Shown here in pieces: positions 8,734 through 18,096 of a DNA stretch of 64,000 bases. The notes under the pieces were generated by a model that was given only the letters and a program-made list of their open reading frames with translations, searched no databases and had not been told where the DNA came from. Source of the DNA: a virus; the IMG/VR virus record IMGVR_UViG_3300027816_000069, positions 58,351-122,350 of that record. One strand, written 5' to 3'. The translations under genes were made by a program, and so were the position numbers. The stretch's first letter is position 1, and the number at the start of each line of letters is the position of its first letter.

Positions 8734-9759
8734 ATGAGAAAACTAGCAAGCATACAAACAGTCAAGTATGTTAAACCCATACCAGATGCCGATAGTATAG
8801 AAACTGTGGGCGTTTTGGGCTGGGAAGTTGTAAGCAAGAAGGGTGAATTTCAAACCGGCGATACTTGTTTGTTTATAGAGATTGATAGTTTACTTCCAGA
8901 AATTCCAGAGTTTGAATTTCTTCGCAAGGTTTGTTGGAATGATAATCTAAAAAAGTATAGACTCAAAACAGTAAAATTGCGTAAACAACTATCTCAAGGA
9001 TTAGCATTACCCACAAGTGTCTTTCCTATACTAGCAGGATTAACCGCTGGGGCTGATGTTACTGATCTATTAGGTATTGAGAAATATGAACCCCCAATTC
9101 CTGCACAGATAGTGGGAGATGCAAGAAGTTTTAGTTGGCCTATAAGTAAGACTGATGAAACGCGAGTACAATTAGATGATGAGTATGGATTTATCGAAAG
9201 ATTAACCGGACAACCATACTATATCAGTTTGAAATTAGATGGAACTTCTAGTACATTTTTAATTGATCCTAAAGATGAAACTTTTCATGTTTGTGGAAGA
9301 AATTATAGTTACAAAAGAAATGATACTCATACCTTCTGGAAGATAGCACAAAGATATAATATTGAGCAGAAGTTGAGGTATTTTTGGGATAAGGGCAATA
9401 ATAGAATAGCAATACAAGGCGAAATCGTAGGGCCAGGAATTCAGAAAAATCCTCTTGGACTTAGCGTTCCAGATTTATACATATTTAATGTTATTGATAT
9501 AGCCGATAATACTAGATTTTCTTTAGGTATGTCTATGTTTATTGTTCAAGAACTTGGTCTGAAATTTGTACCAATAGTTGACAAAGGCTCAAGTTTCGCT
9601 TATACTAAGACCGATCTACTAGAGATGGCGAAGGGCAAATATAAAACCCACTTCTCTTCTGCTAAAGACTCTCAGAATCGTGAGGGAATAGTAATTCGTA
9701 GCATTTGCGGAGAGATTAGTTTTAAGGCTATAAATAATGACTTCTTACTGAAAGAGTAA
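8734..9759 (+). CDS. ATP-dependent RNA ligase, DRB0094 family
   Basis: MRKLASIQ...PIPDAD.IE N-terminal domain; KLDGTS, QGE, EGIV and FKAI nucleotidyltransferase motifs. Confidence 0.9.
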   Translation: MRKLASIQTVKYVKPIPDADSIETVGVLGWEVVSKKGEFQTGDTCLFIEIDSLLPEIPEFEFLRKVCWNDNLKKYRLKTVKLRKQLSQGLALPTSVFPILAGLTAGADVTDLLGIEKYEPPIPAQIVGDARSFSWPISKTDETRVQLDDEYGFIERLTGQPYYISLKLDGTSSTFLIDPKDETFHVCGRNYSYKRNDTHTFWKIAQRYNIEQKLRYFWDKGNNRIAIQGEIVGPGIQKNPLGLSVPDLYIFNVIDIADNTRFSLGMSMFIVQELGLKFVPIVDKGSSFAYTKTDLLEMAKGKYKTHFSSAKDSQNREGIVIRSICGEISFKAINNDFLLKE

Positions 9760-9760
9760 A

Positions 9761-9973
9761 ATGATTGATTTAAAGTGGTTTCATCCGTTCAATTTCGTAT
9801 TGTATAAAAGACCCAAAATTGATGCTGCTTGGGAACCTAGTGACGACTTATATCAGTGGGGCTTTAGTCTTGACTTGACCACCGAGATTTATTACTATAC
9901 ATACGATTGGGGAGTTGGTTTTAATTTCCGGTTGCTAGGATTTGGATTTGAAATAACAAAGGTGGGAGTATAA
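9761..9973 (+). CDS. hypothetical protein
   Basis: Packed ORF, aromatic-rich. Confidence 0.55.
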   Translation: MIDLKWFHPFNFVLYKRPKIDAAWEPSDDLYQWGFSLDLTTEIYYYTYDWGVGFNFRLLGFGFEITKVGV

Positions 9974-9974
9974 G

Positions 9975-10292
9975 ATGAAAACCTGTCATGGTCCTCAGCC
10001 TGTTTTTCTTATATTCTTAATGATATTAGGAGTATCAGTAGCAGTCCCATTACTATCCATACAATTTGATAGTATAGATCCTCAAAAAATATATGTTGTT
10101 ATTGATGTTACCGACAGTAACGGAAAAACTTATAGAAACTTAACAAGATCGGGTGTGGGTAATTTTATAGACTATCATCGAAACTCTTATAAATTCCATG
10201 GAAATTTTACAGAAATAACAAGAAAAGTTTCTGGAGAACAATTTTTAAAAGAAGTTCAACAGCCAGAAAAGTCTGACAATTTAGAAAGATAA
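9975..10292 (+). CDS. membrane-anchored hypothetical protein
   Basis: N-terminal TM helix, GGGAG RBS. Confidence 0.6.
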   Translation: MKTCHGPQPVFLIFLMILGVSVAVPLLSIQFDSIDPQKIYVVIDVTDSNGKTYRNLTRSGVGNFIDYHRNSYKFHGNFTEITRKVSGEQFLKEVQQPEKSDNLER

Positions 10293-10295
10293 AAA

Positions 10296-10589
10296 ATGAA
10301 TATACTAATTAGCGTACTAGGAATAGTGAATATCTTATTAGGAGTGGCCAGCATACCCCCATGTTTAATGGCCGGATTAATGGTTTTTGATGCTCCTGGC
10401 TCAACAGAAAGCATAACACATCATATAGTATCTTTTTTGTTCTTGACTTTCCCGCTAATTTGTTTAATTTGTGGAATAACAGTTTTGTGGAGTAGTAATT
10501 GGTGGTCAATTTATCTAGCCTTATTTCCTATAAGTGAGGCATCTTTAGTTATATTTATATTTTGGGTATTTTCAGGTACTTCAATATGA
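10296..10589 (+). CDS. multi-TM membrane protein
   Basis: Three hydrophobic segments, FDAPGS loop. Confidence 0.65.
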   Translation: MNILISVLGIVNILLGVASIPPCLMAGLMVFDAPGSTESITHHIVSFLFLTFPLICLICGITVLWSSNWWSIYLALFPISEASLVIFIFWVFSGTSI

Positions 10590-10741
10590 AACTAACCAAT
10601 CAAGATTTAGATATACTAAGAGAATTACTAGAGGATAAACTCAAGAAAATAAATAACGGGCCAGAAGGAATTGAAATTCATCAGCGACCAGAAGTTTATA
10701 TTAACATCATCAAGAAGATAGATGGTCTATATTTCTCATGA
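10586..10741 (+). CDS. small hypothetical protein (not in ORF track)
   Basis: 51 aa with ATGA overlaps at both ends. Confidence 0.55.
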   Translation: MKLTNQDLDILRELLEDKLKKINNGPEGIEIHQRPEVYINIIKKIDGLYFS

Positions 10742-11313
10742 TATATTTTAGTGCGGATCAGCATTTGGGGCATGGACGAATTATACAATATTGTAATCGT
10801 CCATTTAATGATGTTCACGAAATGAACAAGACTATTCTTGACAATATAAACGAAGTTGTCAAGAGTGATGATACTCTATATATACTGGGGGATTTTTGTT
10901 TTAAAGGCAAAAAGTCATTAGATTACAGATTACGAATAAATTGTCTAGATGTTCACTTAATATTAGGTAATCATGATCGAAGAAAAGATTTTTATCCAGA
11001 CGAACAGACTGTGGATATGCAGGGATTTACTTCAGTACAAGAAGTAAAAGAGATAACATATTGTAATCAAAGAATATATCTTAGCCATTATGCCCATAGA
11101 ACTTGGCCCGCTAGTCATAAAGGATCGTGGATGCTTTATGGACATACCCACTCTAAATTAGATCATGAGGATAGAACATCCAACAAATTAACTCTTGATA
11201 TTGGTGTGGATAATTGTGCTAATTATGGCAAACCCTTTGGTCAACCGTTTAGTTTTAAGGAAATACAACAACTATTTAATCAGAAAATGAGGATGTTAAA
11301 TGAGCGACTATGA
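10738..11313 (+). CDS. calcineurin-like metallophosphoesterase
   Basis: DQHLGH, LGD, GNHD, SHY and GHTH motifs. Confidence 0.9.
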   Translation: MIYFSADQHLGHGRIIQYCNRPFNDVHEMNKTILDNINEVVKSDDTLYILGDFCFKGKKSLDYRLRINCLDVHLILGNHDRRKDFYPDEQTVDMQGFTSVQEVKEITYCNQRIYLSHYAHRTWPASHKGSWMLYGHTHSKLDHEDRTSNKLTLDIGVDNCANYGKPFGQPFSFKEIQQLFNQKMRMLNERL

Positions 11314-11638
11314 CTATTTAAGTAGAGCTGAATTAATTGAAAAAATTATCACATTAAAACAAATTATTAGTGTTAAAAATAAAGAACAAGAAGAATATGA
11401 AAAATGCGTAGCCAGAGTAAATCCTCCAATACAAAAGAAAGTTGAAGAGCAAGATATTAAATTAAGCGATGCGTTTAAGTCTGATCTTAATAGTTTCCAG
11501 AGGATCAAAGAGTTAGAACGAACTATTGAAAAACAAAATGCAATTATCTCTATGGCTGCTGGTTATATTTCTGCTTCTAAAAGATTTAGTAGTAGTCATC
11601 CTATGGATGTTATGAAATGGTTAATGGGAGGTATGTAA
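11300..11638 (+). CDS. coiled-coil hypothetical protein
   Basis: GAGG RBS, heptads. Confidence 0.65.
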   Translation: MSDYDYLSRAELIEKIITLKQIISVKNKEQEEYEKCVARVNPPIQKKVEEQDIKLSDAFKSDLNSFQRIKELERTIEKQNAIISMAAGYISASKRFSSSHPMDVMKWLMGGM

Positions 11639-11850
11639 TGAAATATATTTATTCACTAATACTATTACTTGTTCCTCTTGGTCAACACTATACTTTAGAA
11701 CCAAATACTCCAGTATGGTTTTGCATACCGGATGAACTTGGTTGGACAAGAGGAAATGTGGTACATCTATGGGGCTATTATCCTATGGTGAGTAGCGATA
11801 AGGGATTAAAAGATTTTAAAGATATTAACTGGGAGATAGGATATGAGTAA
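11638..11850 (+). CDS. hypothetical protein
   Basis: GGAGG RBS, TAATG coupling. Confidence 0.6.
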   Translation: MKYIYSLILLLVPLGQHYTLEPNTPVWFCIPDELGWTRGNVVHLWGYYPMVSSDKGLKDFKDINWEIGYE

Positions 11851-12097
11851 ATATAAGATCTGTAAATTCGTTAATGGCAATAACAAAGAATGGTATCAGA
11901 TACAAAAAAAAGGATGGTTGTTTTGGAGTTATTTATGTACATATGAATGGTTTAGGAATGTAGAAGTACCTCCTTTAAGAAAAATATTAACATTTGAATC
12001 CATAGAAAAAGCATCAGAACACATTGAAATGATTAAGAACATTAAAAGAAGTAATATCATTAAGAAAGTAGAGTGTATTGATTATGAACCTAAATGA
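11843..12097 (+). CDS. hypothetical phage protein
   Basis: Y.IQKKGWLFW-type motif. Confidence 0.65.
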   Translation: MSKYKICKFVNGNNKEWYQIQKKGWLFWSYLCTYEWFRNVEVPPLRKILTFESIEKASEHIEMIKNIKRSNIIKKVECIDYEPK

Positions 12098-12620
12098 TAA
12101 ATTATACTATTGGGTAGCAATATTTGCATCTATTGGTTCAGTCTTGTGTTGGTTTGTTTTAAACCCTATTCATAAAGCAAATCTACAAAAAATAAACAAA
12201 CCTCCACTATTAACCTGTATCTATTGCAAAGGTACTGGAGAAAGAATTGAAGATGTAAATAAACTCATGTTTATGGCAAAGATACAACTTTATTTTAATA
12301 AACATATGGTGGTTGACAAATGCGAAAAGTGTGTTAAACTACCCAACGGTGAATATGATTATTGCGACGAAGTAAAAGAAAAATATGATAGTTTTTTCAA
12401 AGACTACGAAAAAGAAGGATCAAAATTTGAGAAAACAATGTGCGGAAAATGTATGGGGGCTGGTCAATTTCAAATATTAAGTAAAAACCCCAAAACAAAT
12501 AAATGGTACACTCAAGAAGATTATGAAGAAGATGAACGAGCAAAAATTAGGGTATTACAAGAACGCAATAACAAACAATTAACTAAGGAGAAAAAACATG
12601 ACAACAACAAAGATGAATAA
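12084..12620 (+). CDS. membrane-anchored protein with DnaJ-type Zn-finger motifs
   Basis: TM helix; CIYCKGTG and CGKCMGAG (CxxCxGxG). Confidence 0.6.
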   Translation: MNLNDKLYYWVAIFASIGSVLCWFVLNPIHKANLQKINKPPLLTCIYCKGTGERIEDVNKLMFMAKIQLYFNKHMVVDKCEKCVKLPNGEYDYCDEVKEKYDSFFKDYEKEGSKFEKTMCGKCMGAGQFQILSKNPKTNKWYTQEDYEEDERAKIRVLQERNNKQLTKEKKHDNNKDE

Positions 12621-12783
12621 TCTAACAAAAGAACAAAAGTTTGTAATCTTCTGGCTTTATAATAGAGTGGCCCAACAGATTCCATCCAACCCTATTGATT
12701 TTGGAGACAATGATATTATTGTTAATGGAATTAATGTAACGGAAATGGTTAGAGACTTACTACAGGATAGATTGTTTGTATGA
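12598..12783 (+). CDS. hypothetical protein
   Basis: AAGGAG RBS. Confidence 0.6.
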   Translation: MTTTKMNNLTKEQKFVIFWLYNRVAQQIPSNPIDFGDNDIIVNGINVTEMVRDLLQDRLFV

Positions 12784-13094
12784 ATCAAATGAATAACTTT
12801 GTAGAGCATATAAAAAATCTTAAATCTTTCTTATTAAAGCAAGAAGATCGTGAAAGACAAACAGGAAGATCAACTAGAATTATAAATCAAGCAAAACATC
12901 AAAGATCGACCGTAGTGTGTGCTAACTATAGACAAAAATTGGAATTTGAACATTTGGGGATTGAGACTATAACTCTAGAACAATACCACAAAGAAAAATG
13001 CGGATCATCAAAAACTTATTTATTTGATCACCTTACGATCTACTACATAATGGATAAGCACTATTCTCAACTGATTGAGGAATACGGAAATTAA
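12780..13094 (+). CDS. miniature P-loop-like protein
   Basis: RQTGRST (Walker A-like) and YLFD (Walker B-like). Confidence 0.5.
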   Translation: MNQMNNFVEHIKNLKSFLLKQEDRERQTGRSTRIINQAKHQRSTVVCANYRQKLEFEHLGIETITLEQYHKEKCGSSKTYLFDHLTIYYIMDKHYSQLIEEYGN

Positions 13095-13181
13095 AAGATA
13101 AAAACCGTGAATGTAAAATTACAGGAGTTTAAGTTTATTCTTATGTTCTTGGTCCTTCTCGACAGCATTATTTTGACAGTC

Positions 13182-13211
13182 TTGACAAAGAACTAGACGC
13201 TGTGGTACAAT
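13182..13211 (+). promoter_or_regulatory. sigma70-like promoter
   Basis: TTGACA-18 nt-TACAAT with extended TG. Confidence 0.55.
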
Positions 13212-13260
13212 GGCACAAGGACGAAATGAATACACACTACAATGAATATGGAGAGCCAGT

Positions 13261-13491
13261 ATGAAAGACCGATTTGATCTTGAAACTGAAATAACTTTTC
13301 TATATAACTTTTCTACTAATCTTAGAACTATTAGTGAAGGAGTTCTTGAGCATAATTTAAGTCACGATGAAATTGTTAATGCTCTTGAAGGAGTAGCAGT
13401 TATGCTAGATTTGCAAGTTAATAAATTAAGTGATACTATGGCTCAGTGTTTTAAACTGGATCAATATTATGAGGGTAAGAATGAATTCTAA
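13261..13491 (+). CDS. hypothetical phage protein
   Basis: MKDRFDLE..I N-terminus, GGAG RBS. Confidence 0.7.
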   Translation: MKDRFDLETEITFLYNFSTNLRTISEGVLEHNLSHDEIVNALEGVAVMLDLQVNKLSDTMAQCFKLDQYYEGKNEF

Positions 13492-13693
13492 ACTACAAAG
13501 TGATATTGAAAATTTTATTCATAGTGTTGGACAATATATTTTAATGGAGTATGAAAACTTTTACTCTCTATTTCAGCAGTCAGATATGTTCGATTTTATC
13601 GGTAGTTATTATTTGGGTGGTAGTAATGTGCCAGATACAGCAAGGTGTGTTATTGAACTAATCCTTATGAATCATAGAGCAAACAATGATTAA
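13481..13693 (+). CDS. hypothetical protein
   Basis: GAGG RBS before ATG 13481. Confidence 0.6.
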   Translation: MNSKLQSDIENFIHSVGQYILMEYENFYSLFQQSDMFDFIGSYYLGGSNVPDTARCVIELILMNHRANND

Positions 13694-14102
13694 GCACTTT
13701 CCAATTACAAATACAGACAAAGTTATTGAGCATTATTCACAACGGGATGGTGTTCCTATTAGTTATGTGTGTACCACAGACTTAAAGTGGCATGATTCTC
13801 CAGAAGATATTTTTTATAGAGCAACTCCCCATCCACAATTTGGTAATAAATATTTTGCCCTAAGAGCAACTGATGATGGTTTTTATATATCTAATGCTGA
13901 TAAGGTTGAGGATTTTACTTTTGGGTGTGTGAAAGATGATGATGGTAATCTACAGTATAGTCGATCTAGGCATGAATATAAAGCATTTAATAACGGCCAT
14001 ATGATTGATGGTGGCAGACACTATATTAGACATAGTGGTGATATTGACGTTTATGTTGTGCGTAATGGTCAAATGGTAAAAGAGAGTAGTAATGGAACCT
14101 AA
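13686..14102 (+). CDS. conserved phage hypothetical protein
   Basis: YSR.RH.Y....MIDGGR.YIR motif. Confidence 0.7.
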   Translation: MIKHFPITNTDKVIEHYSQRDGVPISYVCTTDLKWHDSPEDIFYRATPHPQFGNKYFALRATDDGFYISNADKVEDFTFGCVKDDDGNLQYSRSRHEYKAFNNGHMIDGGRHYIRHSGDIDVYVVRNGQMVKESSNGT

Positions 14103-14433
14103 TCTAGAATATGATTTGCTAAAAACCGATTGGATTGTACAGAAGTGTAGGGGTAGTACAGTTTACAGTCAAAATTTATACGCCGCACTATGCAATAACG
14201 ATTTTTACTATGGCGATGATGGGTGGGGTTGTTCGTGGAGAATGAGCGGTGGAATAGTAGCAGATATACGAGATTGTGGGGAAACTTATATTGATTGGTA
14301 TTGTTCTGGTATGAGTAATAAGGATGGTTTTGTGGGCGAAAGTTTTATAACAGATGAAATTAGACTAGATTTACTCAAAATTGGTTGGACTATTAAAGAG
14401 GAAAAAAATGCCCAAAGTAACGATAACCTTTGA
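14092..14433 (+). CDS. conserved phage hypothetical protein
   Basis: Y.QNLYAALCNN, W.CSWR..GG.VAD and YIDWYCSG motifs. Confidence 0.75.
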   Translation: MEPNLEYDLLKTDWIVQKCRGSTVYSQNLYAALCNNDFYYGDDGWGCSWRMSGGIVADIRDCGETYIDWYCSGMSNKDGFVGESFITDEIRLDLLKIGWTIKEEKNAQSNDNL

Positions 14434-14629
14434 TTTACCAGAAGAACAGTCTGAATTTGATTGTGCTATTAATGCTGGTAAGTTTAAAAATGCAGTATGG
14501 AATTTTGAACAACAACTACGATCTTTTTATAAATATCATCACGATTTTAAAACCGCCCACGATGCTGTTCAAGGAATTAGAGCCTGTTTTTATCAGTGTT
14601 TGAAGGAACACAATGTATCAACAGACTGA
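14408..14629 (+). CDS. hypothetical phage protein
   Basis: F.LPEE..EF..A motif. Confidence 0.7.
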   Translation: MPKVTITFDLPEEQSEFDCAINAGKFKNAVWNFEQQLRSFYKYHHDFKTAHDAVQGIRACFYQCLKEHNVSTD

Positions 14630-14645
14630 AGTGGTATGATATAGA

Positions 14646-14849
14646 ATGAAATTTCTAGAATTTCTAAATCTAGTTGATAGAACATACCATCTATTTAATT
14701 GGAGGTATGGACAAAGTTTAATGAATGTGCTATACTCAGTTAGTCCCAGTAAGTACGACAATTTGGTTGCTGCTGGTGAAGATTGCTACTATGATGATAG
14801 TAAGGTTCACCAAGTTATATCTAAGTTAGAAAACGAATGGAAAAATTAG
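14646..14849 (+). CDS. hypothetical protein (WRYGQ family)
   Basis: Paralog of 7484..7756. Confidence 0.7.
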   Translation: MKFLEFLNLVDRTYHLFNWRYGQSLMNVLYSVSPSKYDNLVAAGEDCYYDDSKVHQVISKLENEWKN

Positions 14850-15346
14850 GATTAAAATTTGTTGCAGACTATATCTCTGTTGAAGAAGAAATTCAACTTA
14901 TTACTGATATAGAGAATTTTCGTAAAACTAATCCTAAATTGGTAGCAAATTATGGAGATAATAATTATGATAGTATTTACTTTGGAGACAGATATAAAAA
15001 GCCCATTGATGATGCTTTTGAGTCACTAAAAAATGTTTATACTAGATTAATTAAGGATAATTATATACAAGATGTTCCATTTGGGATTGCTATCAATAAA
15101 TATAAAAAGGGACAAAAAATAGCAGCACACATAGATAAACCCATTAGTGGGCCTATTGTTACGATTCTTAGTTTAGGATCAGTATCAACAATGGTTTTTA
15201 AAAAATCTAATCACTCTGCTGTTGATATAGAATTATTTCCACGCAGTATCATAAGAATGATGGGTGATATTAGAGATAATTGGACTCATGAAATTTTACC
15301 AGTAATAGATACTAGATATTCAGTAGTATTTCGGTCACTTAACTAA
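14837..15346 (+). CDS. AlkB-family 2OG-Fe(II) dioxygenase
   Basis: N.Y...I..HID, LSLG, W.H.I and R.S..FR motifs. Confidence 0.85.
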   Translation: MEKLGLKFVADYISVEEEIQLITDIENFRKTNPKLVANYGDNNYDSIYFGDRYKKPIDDAFESLKNVYTRLIKDNYIQDVPFGIAINKYKKGQKIAAHIDKPISGPIVTILSLGSVSTMVFKKSNHSAVDIELFPRSIIRMMGDIRDNWTHEILPVIDTRYSVVFRSLN

Positions 15347-15353
15347 TATAGTC

Positions 15354-15974
15354 ATGCTAATAGTCAAAAAACAACCCTATAATAGTGTTTGGGTGAGCGC
15401 ATCAACACAAGATGAACTAGGATTAACTTTCATGCGTTTTCAAGAACACTATGAAAGTGCTAATCCTAGATTTCGTAATAATATTTTTACACTAGGAGAA
15501 TTAAGACACTGGTATTCTGAAACATATGGCTCAAATAGTTATCATGCTCATTGGATAGGGTTCAATTTTCCCAGTAAAGTATTGGTTCCCTTTAAAGATG
15601 GATTATTTGACCCGTTAACAACTGAAGAAAATAATCTTATACAACTATTAGGCTATCGTAAAGATCATTTCTATATTATAGGCGCTCAAACCAACGAGAT
15701 ACTGCGTCATGAATTAAGTCATGCACTATACGCCTCTAATGCTAAATATAAACTAGAAATAGACTCTTTTATTTCCAAACACAAAAATAAACTTAAAAAG
15801 TCTTTATCTTATATCTTAGATAAAGGATATTGTAAAGAGGTTCTAAACGATGAACTTCAAGCATACATAACAGATAATGACGACAATGAACTGATTAATA
15901 TTACTTGTCCAACAGTAATTGCTGGTATCAACAAGATTTTTCAAAAGTATAACACAGCAGGAATAAAGAAATGA
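15354..15974 (+). CDS. HExxH (zincin-like) hypothetical protein
   Basis: RHELSHALY with downstream DELQAY. Confidence 0.65.
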   Translation: MLIVKKQPYNSVWVSASTQDELGLTFMRFQEHYESANPRFRNNIFTLGELRHWYSETYGSNSYHAHWIGFNFPSKVLVPFKDGLFDPLTTEENNLIQLLGYRKDHFYIIGAQTNEILRHELSHALYASNAKYKLEIDSFISKHKNKLKKSLSYILDKGYCKEVLNDELQAYITDNDDNELINITCPTVIAGINKIFQKYNTAGIKK

Positions 15975-16150
15975 AAGAAGAATTATCTGATGAGGAAAAG
16001 TTTTATTACGAATGGGTCAAAAATAATCTAGAGTATATTAATCAGCATAAAAACTCTATTGAGGTTATGAAAAAATTGTATATGATTGGTTTTTCAGACG
16101 GTTTTACCTATCAAAGAAAACTCCGAGCAGAAGAAGAATTACAAAAATGA
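15971..16150 (+). CDS. small hypothetical protein (not in ORF track)
   Basis: 59 aa with ATGA overlaps on both sides. Confidence 0.55.
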   Translation: MKEELSDEEKFYYEWVKNNLEYINQHKNSIEVMKKLYMIGFSDGFTYQRKLRAEEELQK

Positions 16151-16446
16151 GTCCTATGTATAATCCAGATGACTGGAGTGAAGAATTTAATATCGTATTA
16201 AAATACGAACCAATGAGTAGTAGCACAGTAAATAAAATATTAACACAATATAAACATGATGATATTTTAAATTATATCAAAGAACTCTGGAATCTAATTG
16301 ATTATCAGAGAAAACTTATAAATGAACAAAATCAACATATTGTTGCTTTTAAACATAAAGAAGCGTGGAAAAGATACGATCTTCCCGAACAATCTTTTAA
16401 AGTTTCTGTTGACAAACCGCCGAAAGATGGTAATATGAGTTGCTAG
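16147..16446 (+). CDS. hypothetical protein
   Basis: Packed ORF. Confidence 0.65.
   Translation: MSPMYNPDDWSEEFNIVLKYEPMSSSTVNKILTQYKHDDILNYIKELWNLIDYQRKLINEQNQHIVAFKHKEAWKRYDLPEQSFKVSVDKPPKDGNMSC
16409..16436 (+). promoter_or_regulatory. sigma70-like promoter with GCCGAAA variant box
   Basis: TTGACA-16 nt-TAATAT, extended TG. Confidence 0.6.
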
Positions 16447-16458
16447 GAGGCTATCTAT

Positions 16459-16710
16459 ATGCTGTGGACAGAGGTTCGTTTTTGGGCAAAATCTCATGGG
16501 TACGAAGTTTTAAAAGATAAGGGCGATGAAGAAAAGGACGAGCCAGTAACATACTACTGGTCTAAAATTGACGACCCTAGTGTTAGTGGAGTTAGTCCAA
16601 GTGTTAGCAAACTTGCCAGGGATATTTACAACAATATTACAAATAATGCTTGGGTAGATCATCAAAAAGAATACAAGGAAAAACACATCAATGAACGTAA
16701 AACTAATTAG
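16459..16710 (+). CDS. hypothetical protein
   Basis: AGGAGG RBS. Confidence 0.7.
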   Translation: MLWTEVRFWAKSHGYEVLKDKGDEEKDEPVTYYWSKIDDPSVSGVSPSVSKLARDIYNNITNNAWVDHQKEYKEKHINERKTN

Positions 16711-16798
16711 TTTAACTCCAGACGCAGAAAAAAACATAGCATATTGTGCTAGAGTGTCCAACCCAAACAATCAAGGTTTAGATAATTATGCTAAATAA
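16691..16798 (+). pseudogene. thyX: truncated N-terminus of a second ThyX
   Basis: MNVKLISLTPDAEKNIAYCARVSNPNNQGLDNYAK* matches the typical ThyX N-terminus (V.L...TP..E...AY.ARVSN). Confidence 0.8.
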
Positions 16799-17414
16799 AG
16801 TTGAACTACTAGGATATTATGGAAATGATAAAATTCATGCTTGTTCTGCATGGACTAGTACATCTAGAGACTTATCGGAAGATAAGATTGATCGAATACC
16901 TAAACTATTAAAAATGTTAGCGGATGAAGGTCATCATACTCCTTTTGAAAAAAGTTATTTACATTTTTTAGTAACAACAGATATAGCATCGCACATTCAT
17001 ATAATTAAACACAGAATAGGAGTAAGTGTTAATGGCGAATCTGCAAGATATAAAGAGATTAAGGAAGATCAATATTTAATTCCTGAAGATTGGCCTTTAA
17101 TTTGGCAAGAACAACTTAAATCTTATACTCAACTAGGTTTGGATAAATACCATAATTGTATAGAAAGTTTAGTTAATGATTATGGTTTCGATAGAAAAAG
17201 AGCCAAAGAAAGTGCTAGATTTTTTAGACCATACAATACCCAGATTACTTCTGATGTAAGTTTTAATTGGAGAAGTTTTTATCATTTTCAATCATTACGC
17301 AATAAACCTAATGCTCAGTTAGAAATTAGAGAAATTGCACAAACTATGTTAGATTTAGTAAAAAATATTGATAATAATCCATTTAAATATACAATAGAGG
17401 CATTTGGATTATAA
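16788..17414 (+). CDS. thyX: FAD-dependent thymidylate synthase
   Basis: GHHTPFE, KHR......SARY, KESARF and LR...AQLEIR motifs. Confidence 0.92.
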   Translation: MLNKVELLGYYGNDKIHACSAWTSTSRDLSEDKIDRIPKLLKMLADEGHHTPFEKSYLHFLVTTDIASHIHIIKHRIGVSVNGESARYKEIKEDQYLIPEDWPLIWQEQLKSYTQLGLDKYHNCIESLVNDYGFDRKRAKESARFFRPYNTQITSDVSFNWRSFYHFQSLRNKPNAQLEIREIAQTMLDLVKNIDNNPFKYTIEAFGL

Positions 17415-18047
17415 GATTTTATCTGATTTACTAATATTATCTTTAGCCCATAATGGCTGTAAATTTGTATAGTGAAAACACTTTCTCTGTTGTTCAGGAT
17501 CGCTCATGTCAAAACTGGAACATGGAATTATATGGTCTATATGCCAACCATATTTTCCATAATTTTCCCAAGTCATGCCTTCTTGAAACTTATTTGCTAA
17601 ATATGTTTTTAAATATTCAATATCACAGCCAATTAGTTCTTTAGTTTTTTCTTGTTTTATATTATTCTTAACTGCCAATCTTAATCTGCTTCTTAAACTA
17701 CTTAATATTCTATATGATAAATTATTTTGATATTTATTTCTTTCATATTCTCTCTGTAATTTTCTATATTCTAAACTGGCTTTATGTCTAAGAATTTCTT
17801 TTTTATTTTTTTCATAGTAATTTTTATTATATTTTGAAGTATAGTTTTTATTATTTTTTCTATACTCATTCATATATTTTGATCTACTTTGTAAGATTGA
17901 GGTCTTGTTTTTTTGAAAATGCTGTTTATGATAAAGAGAAACGCAAGACTTACATTTTGCGTCCAATCCAAATTTTCCGCCCTTTTTCTTGTAAAAAGAA
18001 GTTAACTTTTTATTTTTGAGGCAAACGGTACATTTTTTAGTTTTCAT
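17409..18047 (-). CDS. HNH homing endonuclease with N-terminal Zn finger
   Basis: KKC..C...K...C..C N-terminus; WHIDHI.P.S.F...CFHYTNLQPLW...N C-terminus; AAAGGA RBS; only minus-strand gene. Confidence 0.88.
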   Translation of the reverse strand: MKTKKCTVCLKNKKLTSFYKKKGGKFGLDAKCKSCVSLYHKQHFQKNKTSILQSRSKYMNEYRKNNKNYTSKYNKNYYEKNKKEILRHKASLEYRKLQREYERNKYQNNLSYRILSSLRSRLRLAVKNNIKQEKTKELIGCDIEYLKTYLANKFQEGMTWENYGKYGWHIDHIIPCSSFDMSDPEQQRKCFHYTNLQPLWAKDNISKSDKIL

Positions 18048-18058
18048 ATATTTCCTTT

Positions 18059-18078
18059 TAATATCAAATACACCAAAA
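18059..18078 (-). promoter_or_regulatory. GGTGTA-class putative late promoter of the HNH gene
   Basis: Minus strand TTTTGGTGTATTTGATATTA, with the core about 20 nt before the ATG. Confidence 0.5.
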
Positions 18079-18096
18079 TTCAAGAATTTACTCAAA

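Noticed and set aside
13095-13264. Possible pseudogene (VYSYVLGPSRQHYFDSLDK...EPV*) after an in-frame TAA
   Set aside because: It looks coding but has no start or recognisable family; too weak to call.
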